Below are positions 1 to 8,550 of a stretch of DNA of 64,000 nucleotides, piece by piece; position 1 is the first letter of the stretch; the number at the start of each line of letters is the position of its first letter. Below the pieces are notes generated by a model, which ran no database searches, had not been told where the DNA came from, and saw only the letters and a list, made by a program, of their open reading frames with translations. Location: NCBI GenBank assembly GCA_016865865.1, contig VGOC01000004.1, positions 17,388-81,387 of the forward strand, read 5' to 3'. This stretch comes from Chloroflexota bacterium (lineage in GTDB: Bacteria; Chloroflexota; Anaerolineae; Anaerolineales; UBA11858). The translations under genes and the position numbers were made by a program.

Positions 1-195
1 ATTCGTCCAGGGCAGCAGAATCGATCGGCATTGATTTCTCCTCTATCAGCGAATTGTCGAACAAGGGTATTATAAATGAGCTTTTCCTTTGTGGGGAGAC
101 AATTCGAGGATCCTCGATGAAATCCCTTCGCTCCGCAAAGGCTATCCTGAACCTGCAAAGGAATGCATCGCTCAAGACGAAAAACATTCCTGCGT

Positions 196-228
196 TAAAA
201 GAAAGCGGCGCTCACCACAGGGAGCGCC
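196..228 (-). terminator. Probable rho-independent terminator after the DUF35 gene
   Basis: The minus strand reads GGCGCTC-loop-GAGCGCC followed by GCTTTCTTTT, directly downstream of the stop codon at 254. Confidence 0.45.
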
Positions 229-253
229 GTCTCGATTTCATACGAAATGCAAA

Positions 254-676
254 CTAATCAGCTACCGCTAATGGATGAAGCTCCATGGGCCGAAATTTGT
301 AGCCATACACCAACATGCCGCGATCTTCATCGCCTTCGGAGCGCAATTTCCGGGTGACCATTTCGACAGGCATGCCAATCTCGACAGGTTGACCGCCAAT
401 GTCGGTCAATTGAGCAGTGACCATGGGGCCTTCTTCCAGCTTGACCAGGGCGACTGTGTAGGGAGCATAAGCCTCATATCCGGCGGGGGCGTTGTGCAGC
501 GTTGTGTAGGAGTACACTTCCCCGCGGCCGCTGAACTCATAGAGAGTTTTCGCCTCATCGCCGCACTCTGGGCAGACATCTCTCGGCGGGAAAATCTTTG
601 TATCACAATGCGGGCAGACCTCGCCCATCAGGGCATAACGTTGTTTCTTCAATCGCCAATGACGTGGAATTTCCAT
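254..676 (-). CDS. DUF35 OB-fold/zinc-ribbon protein (thiolase/HMG-CoA synthase scaffold type)
   Basis: 140 aa. An N-terminal 4-Cys ribbon (CPHC...CPEC) is followed by an OB-like region. It is the last gene of the thiolase/HMGCS cluster. Confidence 0.85.
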   Translation of the reverse strand: MEIPRHWRLKKQRYALMGEVCPHCDTKIFPPRDVCPECGDEAKTLYEFSGRGEVYSYTTLHNAPAGYEAYAPYTVALVKLEEGPMVTAQLTDIGGQPVEIGMPVEMVTRKLRSEGDEDRGMLVYGYKFRPMELHPLAVAD

Positions 677-775
677 TTTCGACTCCTTGAGACCTTTGGT
701 CTGATTGAATGGTAGTATAGCCGGCTAAACTATCAGGAACTATCAGATTTGGGTGTGTTTCATTTCAGTCGAAAC

Positions 776-829
776 CGTCCCGAAGGTTGTCGCAAAGGCG
801 ACACACTCTCTGTGAAAACCTTCGGGACG
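776..829. repeat. Nested intergenic hairpin
   Basis: CGTCCCGAAGGTT ... AACCTTCGGGACG (13 bp arms) enclose a small GTCGC-AAAG-GCGAC hairpin. It lies in the 320 bp gap between the thiolase and DUF35 genes. Confidence 0.6.
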
Positions 830-856
830 TTCCTCCTTCAACTCATTTCTGATAGT

Positions 857-984
857 CAGTAGATCACGAAAAAGATCGAAAGCCCGTCACTTCGACTCTG
901 CTCAGTGCAAGCCTCGGGCGACCCGAGGCCTGTGCTGAGTGAACCGAAGCAACGAGTCTTCGATCGTGATTTCGCGATGTACTG
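857..984. mobile_element. MITE-like element, family B, copy 1 (128 bp)
   Basis: Terminal inverted repeats CAGTAGATCACGAAAAAGATCG / CGATCGTGATTTCGCGATGTACTG. It is flanked by the 5 bp direct repeat ATAGT (852-856 and 985-989). The arms match the copy at 28142-28222. Confidence 0.65.
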
Positions 985-996
985 ATAGTGCCATGA

Positions 997-2154
997 TCAC
1001 TGCGCTGCCAGGACATGGGTCGCCGCCGTCGAGGCTGGACCGCCCAGGCATTGGACTAACCCCAATCGAGCTTCGGGGATTTGATTAACGCCTGCTTCGG
1101 CGCGCAACTGTTTGACAGCTTCGACGACCTGATAAACGCCAGCTGCGCCCCAGGGATTCCCGCGCCCTTTCAACCCCCCCAGGGTGGAGATCGGGATGCG
1201 ACCTTCGAGGCTGATCTGACCCTCCTTGGCCAGCACCCAGCCCCGGCCGCGCTCCGCCAATCCTGCCGCCTCCAGGGAAAGCGCCGCGTAGATCGAATAA
1301 GCATCGTACAATTCGAAGAAATCCACCTGATCAACGGTGATCCCAGCCTGATAGCAAGCCCGTTCCACAGAGAGGCGCGCCGAGCGAAAATCCAGGGGAT
1401 CGGGGCGATCGTGCAACGACAGTGTATCCGTGGCGACGCTCGATCCGGCGATTCTTACCGGAGCGTGGGGCGTATCAGGAGGCAATAGATCGAAGCGAGT
1501 CAACAGCACCGCTGCGGCGCCATCGGCATCGGGAGCGGCGTCGAACATATTCAGGGGATCGCATACCATTCCCGCTTGTTGATAATGCTCAGGCTTGATG
1601 GCTTTGCGGAACATGGCCTGAGGGTTGCCGGTGCCATTGGCATGCGCCGTGATTGGAAATCCGGCCAGCGCGTGTTGGGGCGCAGCGTACTCATAGAAAT
1701 AACGCTGCATGAGCATGGCCGCCTGTGTGAGCGGAGTCGCCCCTTGAACGGCCTCGTAATCGCTGTCGAGGCTGGTAGCGATGGCGTTATCCACCTCGGG
1801 GCCGATTTTATCGGTGAGCTTCTCGACTCCCACCACCAGGGCCACATCCACGAAGCCCGACTTGACTGCCAGGTAACCGGCCCGCAAGGCCGCGCCCCCC
1901 GAGGCGCCCGCGGCTTCGATGGCGCAGGCCTCGACGCCGCGCAGCCCGACAAAATCGGCAATCAACACGCCTAAGTGCGCCTGCCCGGAGAGGTTGGGCG
2001 CAAGCATATTGCCTACGTATAGCGCCTGGGGGATCAGGCCTACGGCGTCATCGCGGGCTGCTTCGATGGCCTGATAGGCAAGTTCACGCAAGGAAATATC
2101 CCAATGCTCGTTGACCGGGGTTTGTCCAATTCCAGCGATAACAACGTCAGTCAT
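997..2154 (-). CDS. Thiolase-fold acetyl-CoA acetyltransferase (archaeal/SCP-x-like type)
   Basis: 385 aa with the thiolase fold throughout. It sits between the HMG-CoA synthase and DUF35 genes, as in archaeal mevalonate clusters. Confidence 0.9.
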   Translation of the reverse strand: MTDVVIAGIGQTPVNEHWDISLRELAYQAIEAARDDAVGLIPQALYVGNMLAPNLSGQAHLGVLIADFVGLRGVEACAIEAAGASGGAALRAGYLAVKSGFVDVALVVGVEKLTDKIGPEVDNAIATSLDSDYEAVQGATPLTQAAMLMQRYFYEYAAPQHALAGFPITAHANGTGNPQAMFRKAIKPEHYQQAGMVCDPLNMFDAAPDADGAAAVLLTRFDLLPPDTPHAPVRIAGSSVATDTLSLHDRPDPLDFRSARLSVERACYQAGITVDQVDFFELYDAYSIYAALSLEAAGLAERGRGWVLAKEGQISLEGRIPISTLGGLKGRGNPWGAAGVYQVVEAVKQLRAEAGVNQIPEARLGLVQCLGGPASTAATHVLAAQ

Positions 2155-2186
2155 TTCGTCAATTCCAATCGTTACGTTTCACGAAT

Positions 2187-3263
2187 CTACTTCATCACTA
2201 ACTGACCGCGCATCCGTGCATACGTAGCATAATCAATCTCGGTGCGGCGAGCGATGTAGGTTTGAGTCTTCGGGGCCAGGTCGCGCCTTTCGAGCAAACG
2301 TTCAGTGACGCGGATGCCGAAAGCGTCTGATCCGGCGCCGGAACCAAAGGAAACCATCAATACGCGGTCGCCGGGCTGGGCTACATCGAGGATCGCCGTC
2401 AGGCCGATGATGGCCGCGCCGGAATAGGTGTTGCCGATCACAGGTACCAGCAGCCCAGGCGCGATCTGCTCTTTGCTGAAGCCCAATAGCTCCGCAGCCC
2501 TGCCGGGGAATTTAGTGTTGGGTTGATGAAAAACGGCGTAACGATAATCTATCGCAGCGGTACCGGTCGCATCTAAATAGGCCTGTCCCGCGGAGGTGAT
2601 ATGCTTGAAATAAGCTGGTTCACCCGTAAAACGCTGCCCGTGTTCGGGGTATTTCTGATATTCCCGCCGGAAAAAATCGGGCGTGTCGGTGACGTAAGAA
2701 AGCGAGCTTTCGATCACAGCTACCGATTCCTCCGCCGGCCCGATCAAATAGGCCGCGCCGCCCGCCGAGGCAGTATATTCCAGAGCGTCGCCGGGGCGTC
2801 CCTGGGCGGTGTCCATGCCGATGGCCAACGCATATTTCGCCATCTCCGAGCCGACGAAGCCCATCGCCGCCACCATGGCTTCGGTGCCCGCCTTGCAGGC
2901 GAACTCCCAGTCGCCGGCCTGGGTGTAGGGCGTAATACCCAACGCCTCGGCCACGATCGTGGAGGTCGGCTTGACGGCGTAGGGATGAGATTCCGAGCCT
3001 ACCCAGACAGCCCTGATCTCTGCGGGGTCGATTCTCGCCCGGGCCAGAGCGTTTCGGCCTGCCTCGATGGACATGGTGGCTGTATCTTCATCGGGGCCGG
3101 GAACGGATTTCTCCTGGACGGGTGTCCCGCCGACGCCTCCGGTCCAGATGCGGGAGATCTCCCTGGCAGGCAGGCGGTAACGGGGCACATAGGCCCCATA
3201 GCCGACGATCCCCACGGGGCGGGAGGGTTTGAGGAGTAGATTTTCTGGATTTGTTTCTGTCAT
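2187..3263 (-). CDS. Hydroxymethylglutaryl-CoA synthase (archaeal type)
   Basis: Contains [15 protein letters not shown] near the N-terminus and is condensing-enzyme-like throughout. The ATG at 3263 is preceded by AAGGAA. The open frame extends to a GTG at 3302, but that would place a strong hairpin inside the CDS. Confidence 0.9.
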   Translation of the reverse strand: MTETNPENLLLKPSRPVGIVGYGAYVPRYRLPAREISRIWTGGVGGTPVQEKSVPGPDEDTATMSIEAGRNALARARIDPAEIRAVWVGSESHPYAVKPTSTIVAEALGITPYTQAGDWEFACKAGTEAMVAAMGFVGSEMAKYALAIGMDTAQGRPGDALEYTASAGGAAYLIGPAEESVAVIESSLSYVTDTPDFFRREYQKYPEHGQRFTGEPAYFKHITSAGQAYLDATGTAAIDYRYAVFHQPNTKFPGRAAELLGFSKEQIAPGLLVPVIGNTYSGAAIIGLTAILDVAQPGDRVLMVSFGSGAGSDAFGIRVTERLLERRDLAPKTQTYIARRTEIDYATYARMRGQLVMK

Positions 3264-3281
3264 AGAAAATTTTCCTTCGGT

Positions 3282-3322
3282 CTTCACGTTTTGACGTTTC
3301 ACGAATTACGAAAAACGTGAAG
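3282..3322 (-). other. Intercistronic 11 bp-stem hairpin between the HMG-CoA reductase and synthase genes
   Basis: CTTCACGTTTT-19 nt-AAAACGTGAAG. The loop carries the 13-mer ACGTTTCACGAAT, which is also present at 2174-2186. Confidence 0.55.
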
Positions 3323-3340
3323 CGTAAAACGTAATGTTCA

Positions 3341-4654
3341 CTATTCTTGATCCCATCGAGCCAATATCTCCTTGGCGCGATCGATGCGCACTGTTTTTTC
3401 AGCAGCCAATTGTCGAGCCAAACGAGGAACAGCATCCCCCTGGGCGCCAGCGGCGATGGCTACCTGGCGGGCATGCAGGTTCATGTGTCCACGCTGGATG
3501 CCTTCGGTTGCTAATGCCCGTAGCGCAGCCAGGTTTTGGGCTAATCCCACAGAGACGATGATCTCAGCTAATTCACTGGCTTTGGTCACCCCCATGATTT
3601 TCAGGGCGACTTGCGCAGTGGGATGAGCTTTCGTAGCGCCTCCAACGATGCCGACCGCCATGGGCATTTCCAGTGCGCCCACCAGATTCCCTTCGTCATC
3701 GCTGCCCCAGGAGCTGAGGGAGGTATAGCGTCCTGCGCGGGCGGCGTAGGCATGCGCCCCGGCCTCCACGGCGCGCCAGTCGTTTCCGGTGGCCAGGACG
3801 ACGGCGTCAACGCCGTTCATGATGCCTTTGTTGTGCGTGGCCGCCCGGTAGGGATCGGCCGCGGCGAAGGCCCAGGCGGCGATGATGCCATCGCGCACTT
3901 CTTCAGCAGAGAAATCTCCGAAAGCCAGTTCAGCAAGGGGGATCGTGCAGCGCGCCGTGGCCAGACGGCGGTCCGCCAGGTTGGAGAGAATACGAAGATG
4001 TACGCGCCCGTCCGTGAGCGCCTCGATCCGGGGCGCCAATCTCTCACAAGCCGTATTGATGGTGTTCGCGCCCATCGCGTCGCGCACATCATAGATCAGG
4101 TGTACCACCAGGAAGGCCCCGATGGGAGACTCCTCGATCAGGCGCACTTCCAGGTCACGCGGACCGCCCCCCAGGCTCATCAAGACCGGGTCGCTCTCGG
4201 CAGCTTCAGCTAACAGGTCAGCCTTCTTCTCGAGCAGGGTCAGGCGCGCCAGGTGGAAATCGGGCGAATCCAAGACTTGCATCTGGCCGATCATCTCCGG
4301 GGGGGCGGCGTGGGCGGTGAAGCCCCCTCCAGAACGGGCTAGCTTCGCCATATAAGAAGCGCCAGCCACAACGGAAGGCTCCTCGACGACCATGGGCGCA
4401 ATCACATCGCGACCGTTGATCAAAAAATTCAACCCCAACCCCAGGGGGAGGCTGTGTAACCCAATCACATTTTCGATCATGTGTTGGGCCTGCTCGAGAG
4501 TCAGTCCGCGCTGACCTTCGAGAACAGGGATATCCTCAGGGTCCAGGAACCCACGTCGAGCGAGTTCGCTGCGCCGCCCCTCGATGGGGAGATCGTAAAA
4601 TCCGGAGATGCGTGAACTTTTGGGTAAATCAGTCATATCCTCACTTTCATCCAT
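3341..4654 (-). CDS. HMG-CoA reductase, class II
   Basis: 437 aa. Carries the motifs EEPSVVAGASY, DAMGAN, NKGIMNG and GIVGGATK. The length and motifs fit bacterial class II enzymes. Confidence 0.9.
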   Translation of the reverse strand: MDESEDMTDLPKSSRISGFYDLPIEGRRSELARRGFLDPEDIPVLEGQRGLTLEQAQHMIENVIGLHSLPLGLGLNFLINGRDVIAPMVVEEPSVVAGASYMAKLARSGGGFTAHAAPPEMIGQMQVLDSPDFHLARLTLLEKKADLLAEAAESDPVLMSLGGGPRDLEVRLIEESPIGAFLVVHLIYDVRDAMGANTINTACERLAPRIEALTDGRVHLRILSNLADRRLATARCTIPLAELAFGDFSAEEVRDGIIAAWAFAAADPYRAATHNKGIMNGVDAVVLATGNDWRAVEAGAHAYAARAGRYTSLSSWGSDDEGNLVGALEMPMAVGIVGGATKAHPTAQVALKIMGVTKASELAEIIVSVGLAQNLAALRALATEGIQRGHMNLHARQVAIAAGAQGDAVPRLARQLAAEKTVRIDRAKEILARWDQE

Positions 4655-4687
4655 ATTTTAGAGCGAGAAGCTGGCAAAAACTATCAG

Positions 4688-4801
4688 GTGTGCGCGCAAA
4701 TGTTGTCAGAAGGGTTCCCGAAAAAAGGGGTGTGGGGCGTGCGGAGCACGCCCCACACCCCTTTTTTCGGGTTATCTCCTGACATGTTTTGCGCGCACAC
4801 A
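4688..4801. mobile_element. MITE-like nested palindrome, family A subfamily, copy A1 (114 bp)
   Basis: Outer arms are GTGTGCGCGCAAA.../...TTTGCGCGCACAC. The core is CCCGAAAAAAGGGGTGTGGGGCGTGC-GGAG-CACGCCCCACACCCCTTTTTTCGGG. It is flanked by the 8 bp direct repeat ACTATCAG (4680-4687 and 4802-4809). Confidence 0.6.
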
Positions 4802-4836
4802 ACTATCAGACTCTGTGAGTTATATTGGACATTTTT

Positions 4837-4845
4837 TGGTATAAT
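4837..4845 (+). promoter_or_regulatory. Extended -10 promoter element (TGgTATAAT) for the histidine kinase gene
   Basis: TGGTATAAT lies 22 nt upstream of the ATG at 4868. A GGTGAGGA Shine-Dalgarno sequence follows it. Confidence 0.4.
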
Positions 4846-4867
4846 TGGGGGCGGTGAGGATCTCTTT

Positions 4868-6580
4868 ATGATGACATTAACACGTGAACAATTAGAAGAT
4901 AGGCTGGCCGCGCTGCACCGCGCCAGCCTTCAATTAGTGAGTGATCTATCCCGCAACAACGTATTGGAGCGTATCGTGCGAATCGCCCGCGAACAGGCGA
5001 ACGCACGATATGCTGCCATCGGCATCGTCAATGAAAGCGGCGAGTTGGAGAAATTCATCCCCATCGGCATGGCGGAGGCAGAGATATCGAAAATAGCTCA
5101 TCCTCCCAAAGGGCTGGGGCTGATCGGCGCTCTGCTGAAAGAACAAAAAACACTTCGGGTAGCCGACATAAACAAGGATGACCGCAGAGTAGGCTTCCCA
5201 AAAAATCACCCTAGTATGCGCTCGTTCCTGGGTGTACCGATTGTAACTGGGGGACGGATGTTGGGGCAAATCTACCTGACCGATAAAGAAAATGCCTCCG
5301 AGTTCACCGAAGATGATGAACGGGTCATCGAAACTCTGGCTGCGTACGCCGCCGTAGCGATCGAAAATTCGCGGCTGTACGAAGGCGTCGTCGAACGTGA
5401 TCAGACCCTGATGGAGCAGTTCGACGATCTGACCCTGCTTTACAATCTGGCCAAGTCTTCGGCGCGCGCCTCTGGCATGGATGAAATCCTGGATCAAACT
5501 CTAAACCAGGTAATCAGCCACTTTGGCGTTCAAGCGGGCGAGATATTCCTCCGGGAAGATGATAGCGAAGTGCTATGGCTGAAAATGCACCGCGGCGAGG
5601 CGGCTTCTGCTTTTTGGTCGTGCGAGCGCTTCAATTTTGGGGACGATATTATAGGCCGATGCGCTCAAGAGGATAAAACCATCGAAAGCCCTCCCCTGGA
5701 AAAAGATGTCGTTTGCCTGCGCCCGGCGGTCATCGAGGCGGGCTTCAAACGCATTGTCTGCATCCCTCTGCGCTCCAGCAATAGAGTGGTTGGCGTGATG
5801 ACCGTCGTCAGCCGCGCCGATCGGCAATTCTCCTGGCGCGAACTCGATCTCCTGGAAGCTATCGGCACCTGGACTGGGACAGCCATCGAGAACGCCCGCT
5901 TGCAGCAGCAAAGTCGCCGTGTCGCCATCCTGGAAGAGCGCGAGCGTATTGGCATGGACTTGCATGATGGCATCATCCAGTCTATCTACAGCGTCGGCCT
6001 TGCGCTGGATTTAGCCCGCATGTCGTTGGAAGATGATGTCAAAGTCGCCCGTCAGAAAATCAGCGAAGGCATCGAGGGACTGAACCGCGCTATTCAAGAT
6101 ATCCGGGCCTATATACTCGACCTGCGCCCCCGCCAGTTACACGGGGGCGAATCTTTGCCCCATGGCGTCCAGCGGCTGCTGGATGAATTCCGCAGTCATA
6201 CAAGAGCCAAAACCAATTTAGCCACATCAGAGAACGGTTTCGGTGGGTTGCCCCGCTCGAACGCCCTGGCGCTTTTTCACATCTGCCAGGAATCTCTGGC
6301 CAATGTAGCCAAACATGCCTATGCTGGCGAGGTGGATGTCCAGTTATGGGCTACGGAGGAGCAGGTGCTGCTGAAAGTCAGCGATGACGGCCGCGGCTTC
6401 GATCTGGGAAAGATCGGCCAAATTATCGGACACGGCCTCTCGAATATGCAACGACGAGCCAGAAAAGTAGGAGGCGACCTGAAAATCAACTCGAAAGAAG
6501 GGAACGGGACCACCGTTCTGGCGTGGGTGCCATGGAAAGAAGATAGTGCTGCTTCCGAGGAAGCGAACGAATTCTCCTGA
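4868..6580 (+). CDS. GAF-domain sensor histidine kinase (HisKA_3/NarX-like family)
   Basis: Two GAF-like regions are followed by the H-box ERERIGMDLHDGIIQ and HATPase motifs (QESLANVAKH, DDGRGF, GHGLSNM). The start was moved to the ATG at 4868 because the upstream part of the ORF is the repeat element. Confidence 0.85.
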   Translation: MMTLTREQLEDRLAALHRASLQLVSDLSRNNVLERIVRIAREQANARYAAIGIVNESGELEKFIPIGMAEAEISKIAHPPKGLGLIGALLKEQKTLRVADINKDDRRVGFPKNHPSMRSFLGVPIVTGGRMLGQIYLTDKENASEFTEDDERVIETLAAYAAVAIENSRLYEGVVERDQTLMEQFDDLTLLYNLAKSSARASGMDEILDQTLNQVISHFGVQAGEIFLREDDSEVLWLKMHRGEAASAFWSCERFNFGDDIIGRCAQEDKTIESPPLEKDVVCLRPAVIEAGFKRIVCIPLRSSNRVVGVMTVVSRADRQFSWRELDLLEAIGTWTGTAIENARLQQQSRRVAILEERERIGMDLHDGIIQSIYSVGLALDLARMSLEDDVKVARQKISEGIEGLNRAIQDIRAYILDLRPRQLHGGESLPHGVQRLLDEFRSHTRAKTNLATSENGFGGLPRSNALALFHICQESLANVAKHAYAGEVDVQLWATEEQVLLKVSDDGRGFDLGKIGQIIGHGLSNMQRRARKVGGDLKINSKEGNGTTVLAWVPWKEDSAASEEANEFS

Positions 6581-6582
6581 CA

Positions 6583-6624
6583 CTATCGAAAAGACCATCC
6601 ACATTCGGATGGTCTTTTCGATAG
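6583..6624 (+). terminator. Terminator hairpin after the kinase gene
   Basis: A perfect 18 bp stem, CTATCGAAAAGACCATCC-ACATTC-GGATGGTCTTTTCGATAG, starts 3 nt after the stop codon. Confidence 0.6.
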
Positions 6625-6686
6625 CGATCCGTGGGAAGGCGATTTCCTTTCGCCATCCCACAACTTCGGTGCAGGAGCACCGTGGA

Positions 6687-6759
6687 TGCCCCCAGGGAGA
6701 TTCGAACTCCCGTTTTAGCCTTGAAAGGGCTGCGTCCTAGTCCCCTAGACGATGGGGGC
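6687..6759 (-). tRNA. tRNA-Glu (anticodon UUC)
   Basis: The minus strand reads GCCCCCATCGTCTAGGGGACTAGGACGCAGCCCTTTCAAGGCTAAAACGGGAGTTCGAATCTCCCTGGGGGCA. It has a 7 bp acceptor stem, a GGGAGTTCGAATCTCCC T-arm and a CTTTCAA anticodon loop, and closely resembles the bacterial tRNA-Glu layout. CCA is not encoded. Confidence 0.85.
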
Positions 6760-6834
6760 CTGTCCTGACCTACCGTAGGGCTTGTTCTGAAACGAGCAGA
6801 ATTCTACCAGACCCCCTCGACAGGGTCAAGCGCG

Positions 6835-7128
6835 TTATTCTGCAATCGCCGAGGCGGGGGGTTCATCTCCTGGTTTATGGAGCCGCCGCACCGGTCGAGA
6901 TGGCCGCCCGGTTTGTGGGTCCAACATGACGCTCAACCAGGAGAGGGCGCGATGATCGTATTCCCGCAGGCCACAGACATCACAAACCCAGGCAGGGAAC
7001 TCGGGCACGGCGATAAACTCACCAGACACTTGGGCAAAATAAGTGATATGCTGCAAACGGAGAATGCCCGCCTGACATTCGGGGCAGGTATAGGCTTCTT
7101 GTGATTGGCACTGTTCTTCCTGGCTCAT
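6835..7128 (-). CDS. YgiT/MqsA-type zinc-finger domain protein
   Basis: 97 aa with CPEC...(27 aa)...CDVCG and the VPEFPAWVCDVCGLREYD pattern typical of YgiT-type zinc fingers. No HTH domain is present. Confidence 0.6.
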   Translation of the reverse strand: MSQEEQCQSQEAYTCPECQAGILRLQHITYFAQVSGEFIAVPEFPAWVCDVCGLREYDHRALSWLSVMLDPQTGRPSRPVRRLHKPGDEPPASAIAE

Positions 7129-7144
7129 CGAAGAAATCTCATTC

Positions 7145-7777
7145 TCAAGGAGCTGCTAACGCAATGGAGGGATGTTCTACCACGCCAATCGCTGAGATCG
7201 GCCAATAAACGAAAACCGCCTTGCCGATGATATACTCCATTGGCACCACCCCCCAACTGTGGGAGTCAGAGGAGTTATTGCGATTATCGCCCAGGACGAA
7301 AAGCGCATCCCCTGGAACCCGCCACTCGCCAGAATAGGTGGGCGAGGCGTTGATATATGGTTCATCCAATTCCCGGTCATTGACGAAGACGCTGCCATCT
7401 TGTATGACAACCTCATCTCCTGGCAGACCGATGGCGCGCTTGATGTAATCCTGGTCGGGATCTCGCGGCAGATGAAAGACAACCACATCCCCCCGTTCAG
7501 GTTCACCAAATTTATAGGATAACTTGGATACGATGATGAATTCGCCGCTATCGAACGTGGGAACCATGGATTGCCCATCGACACGCACACGCGCGGTGAT
7601 GGCATTGATCCCTAAAAATAGGATTACCGATAATAGAATCGTCTCGAGGATATCAGCCAGGAATCGAAGGACGCCCGAACCGGGTTTCGGAGATTGGTCT
7701 TCTGTATCAATGTTTTTTTCGGATGCGAGTTCGTTCAACGGAAACTCCAACTTTCTGCCAGATCTCCCGATCTGCAC
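7145..7777 (-). CDS. lepB: Signal peptidase I
   Basis: One TM helix followed by S26 motifs (GQSMVPTF, RGDVVVF, IKRAIGLPGD, GDNRNNSSDSH). The exact start is uncertain. Confidence 0.85.
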   Translation of the reverse strand: MQIGRSGRKLEFPLNELASEKNIDTEDQSPKPGSGVLRFLADILETILLSVILFLGINAITARVRVDGQSMVPTFDSGEFIIVSKLSYKFGEPERGDVVVFHLPRDPDQDYIKRAIGLPGDEVVIQDGSVFVNDRELDEPYINASPTYSGEWRVPGDALFVLGDNRNNSSDSHSWGVVPMEYIIGKAVFVYWPISAIGVVEHPSIALAAP

Positions 7778-7826
7778 GGGGGATTATATAGCGCGTTCGA
7801 AACTCCGGCAAGGACTTTTCTTCCTG

Positions 7827-8105
7827 CTAGCCCCAAGATGGGATATGCAAAGAATCGATGATCCCCACGATCACCGAAATTACGCACCCATCAGGCTGAT
7901 TGAGGGCTTGACGGGCGCCATTCCCCTCACGGTTGACGAGCACAGTATCCCCTATGCCGGCGTGAGTATTGTCCAAAGCGACGAAATCTCCCACCGCCGG
8001 GTCGCCGGGCAAGGTCAAGGGCTGCACAACCAACAGACGCCGGCGCTTATAATCCGGGTGGCTGATGGTGGTGACAACGGTGCCGACAACTTTTCCAATG
8101 GTCAT
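7827..8105 (-). CDS. BMC vertex pentamer protein (EutN/CcmL family, BMC-P), copy 4
   Basis: 92 aa. MTIGKVVGTVVTT... is an EutN/CcmL-like N-terminus. It has an ATGA overlap with the upstream BMC-P gene. Confidence 0.85.
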   Translation of the reverse strand: MTIGKVVGTVVTTISHPDYKRRRLLVVQPLTLPGDPAVGDFVALDNTHAGIGDTVLVNREGNGARQALNQPDGCVISVIVGIIDSLHIPSWG

Positions 8106-8422
8106 GTGTATTTTACGTAACCCTCTTCGAGGGTGAAATCGAATTCGCCATCTGGTTTGACCACTAATTCATCAACGATGCCGATGATAGCAAGATCAAC
8201 GGGGACGAATTTATGTTCTCGTAGAGCCAGGGCAGCCTCGCGGGAACGCACCATGACGCACAGGTCGCCAGGGCCGGCGTATACGACATCCACAGCGACC
8301 TGCAGGGGGCCGGTTGGTTGAAGGTGTTTGTCGAGCGGCTCCACCACCAGCAACTTCATCCCCTTGAGGTCGGGGTATTTGATCGTACAAATTGCAGTCC
8401 CGCGCACTCGCCCAAATAACAT
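8102..8422 (-). CDS. BMC vertex pentamer protein (EutN/CcmL family, BMC-P), copy 3, with C-terminal extension
   Basis: 106 aa. MLFGRVRGTAICTIKYPDLKGMKLLVV... matches the EutN/CcmL pattern. Confidence 0.8.
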   Translation of the reverse strand: MLFGRVRGTAICTIKYPDLKGMKLLVVEPLDKHLQPTGPLQVAVDVVYAGPGDLCVMVRSREAALALREHKFVPVDLAIIGIVDELVVKPDGEFDFTLEEGYVKYT

Positions 8423-8438
8423 CTATAAACCCTTATAA

Positions 8439-8464
8439 CCGCTAAGAACGCGAAGAGCGCAAAG
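8439..8464. repeat. 26 nt motif shared by two BMC-operon spacers (copy 1)
   Basis: CCGCTAAGAACGCGAAGAGCGCAAAG. An inverted copy lies at 12663-12687 (CCGCTAAGATACGAAGAGCGCAAAG on the other strand). Confidence 0.6.
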
Positions 8465-8550
8465 ATTTTTAGAAAATCTGCCTTGGCGATTCTGGCGTCT
8501 TTGCGGTGAATAGTCCTGTTGGTTGTGGAGATAAGCCATATAAACCACTG

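Noticed and set aside
1-31. Possible start of a minus-strand gene running off the left edge (GAGGAG-6 nt-ATG at 31, MPIDSAALDE...)
   Set aside because: Only 10 codons are visible, which is too short to support a call. A TATAAT-like box at about 76-81 (minus strand) is also unverifiable.
54-271. Two overlapping plus-strand ORFs of 60-67 aa
   Set aside because: They have no ribosome-binding site and no motifs. They overlap the terminator of the DUF35 gene and the likely promoter region of the gene at the left edge.
4688-4867. N-terminal 60-codon extension of the histidine kinase in the ORF track
   Set aside because: The extension is encoded by the palindromic repeat element (4688-4801) and the promoter region. 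The ATG at 4868 has a GGTGAGGA ribosome-binding site.
6687-7826. tRNA-Glu-adjacent genomic island carrying the BMC locus
   Set aside because: There is no integrase, no direct repeat of the tRNA 3' end, and no compositional break that I can see between the tRNA and the BMC operon.
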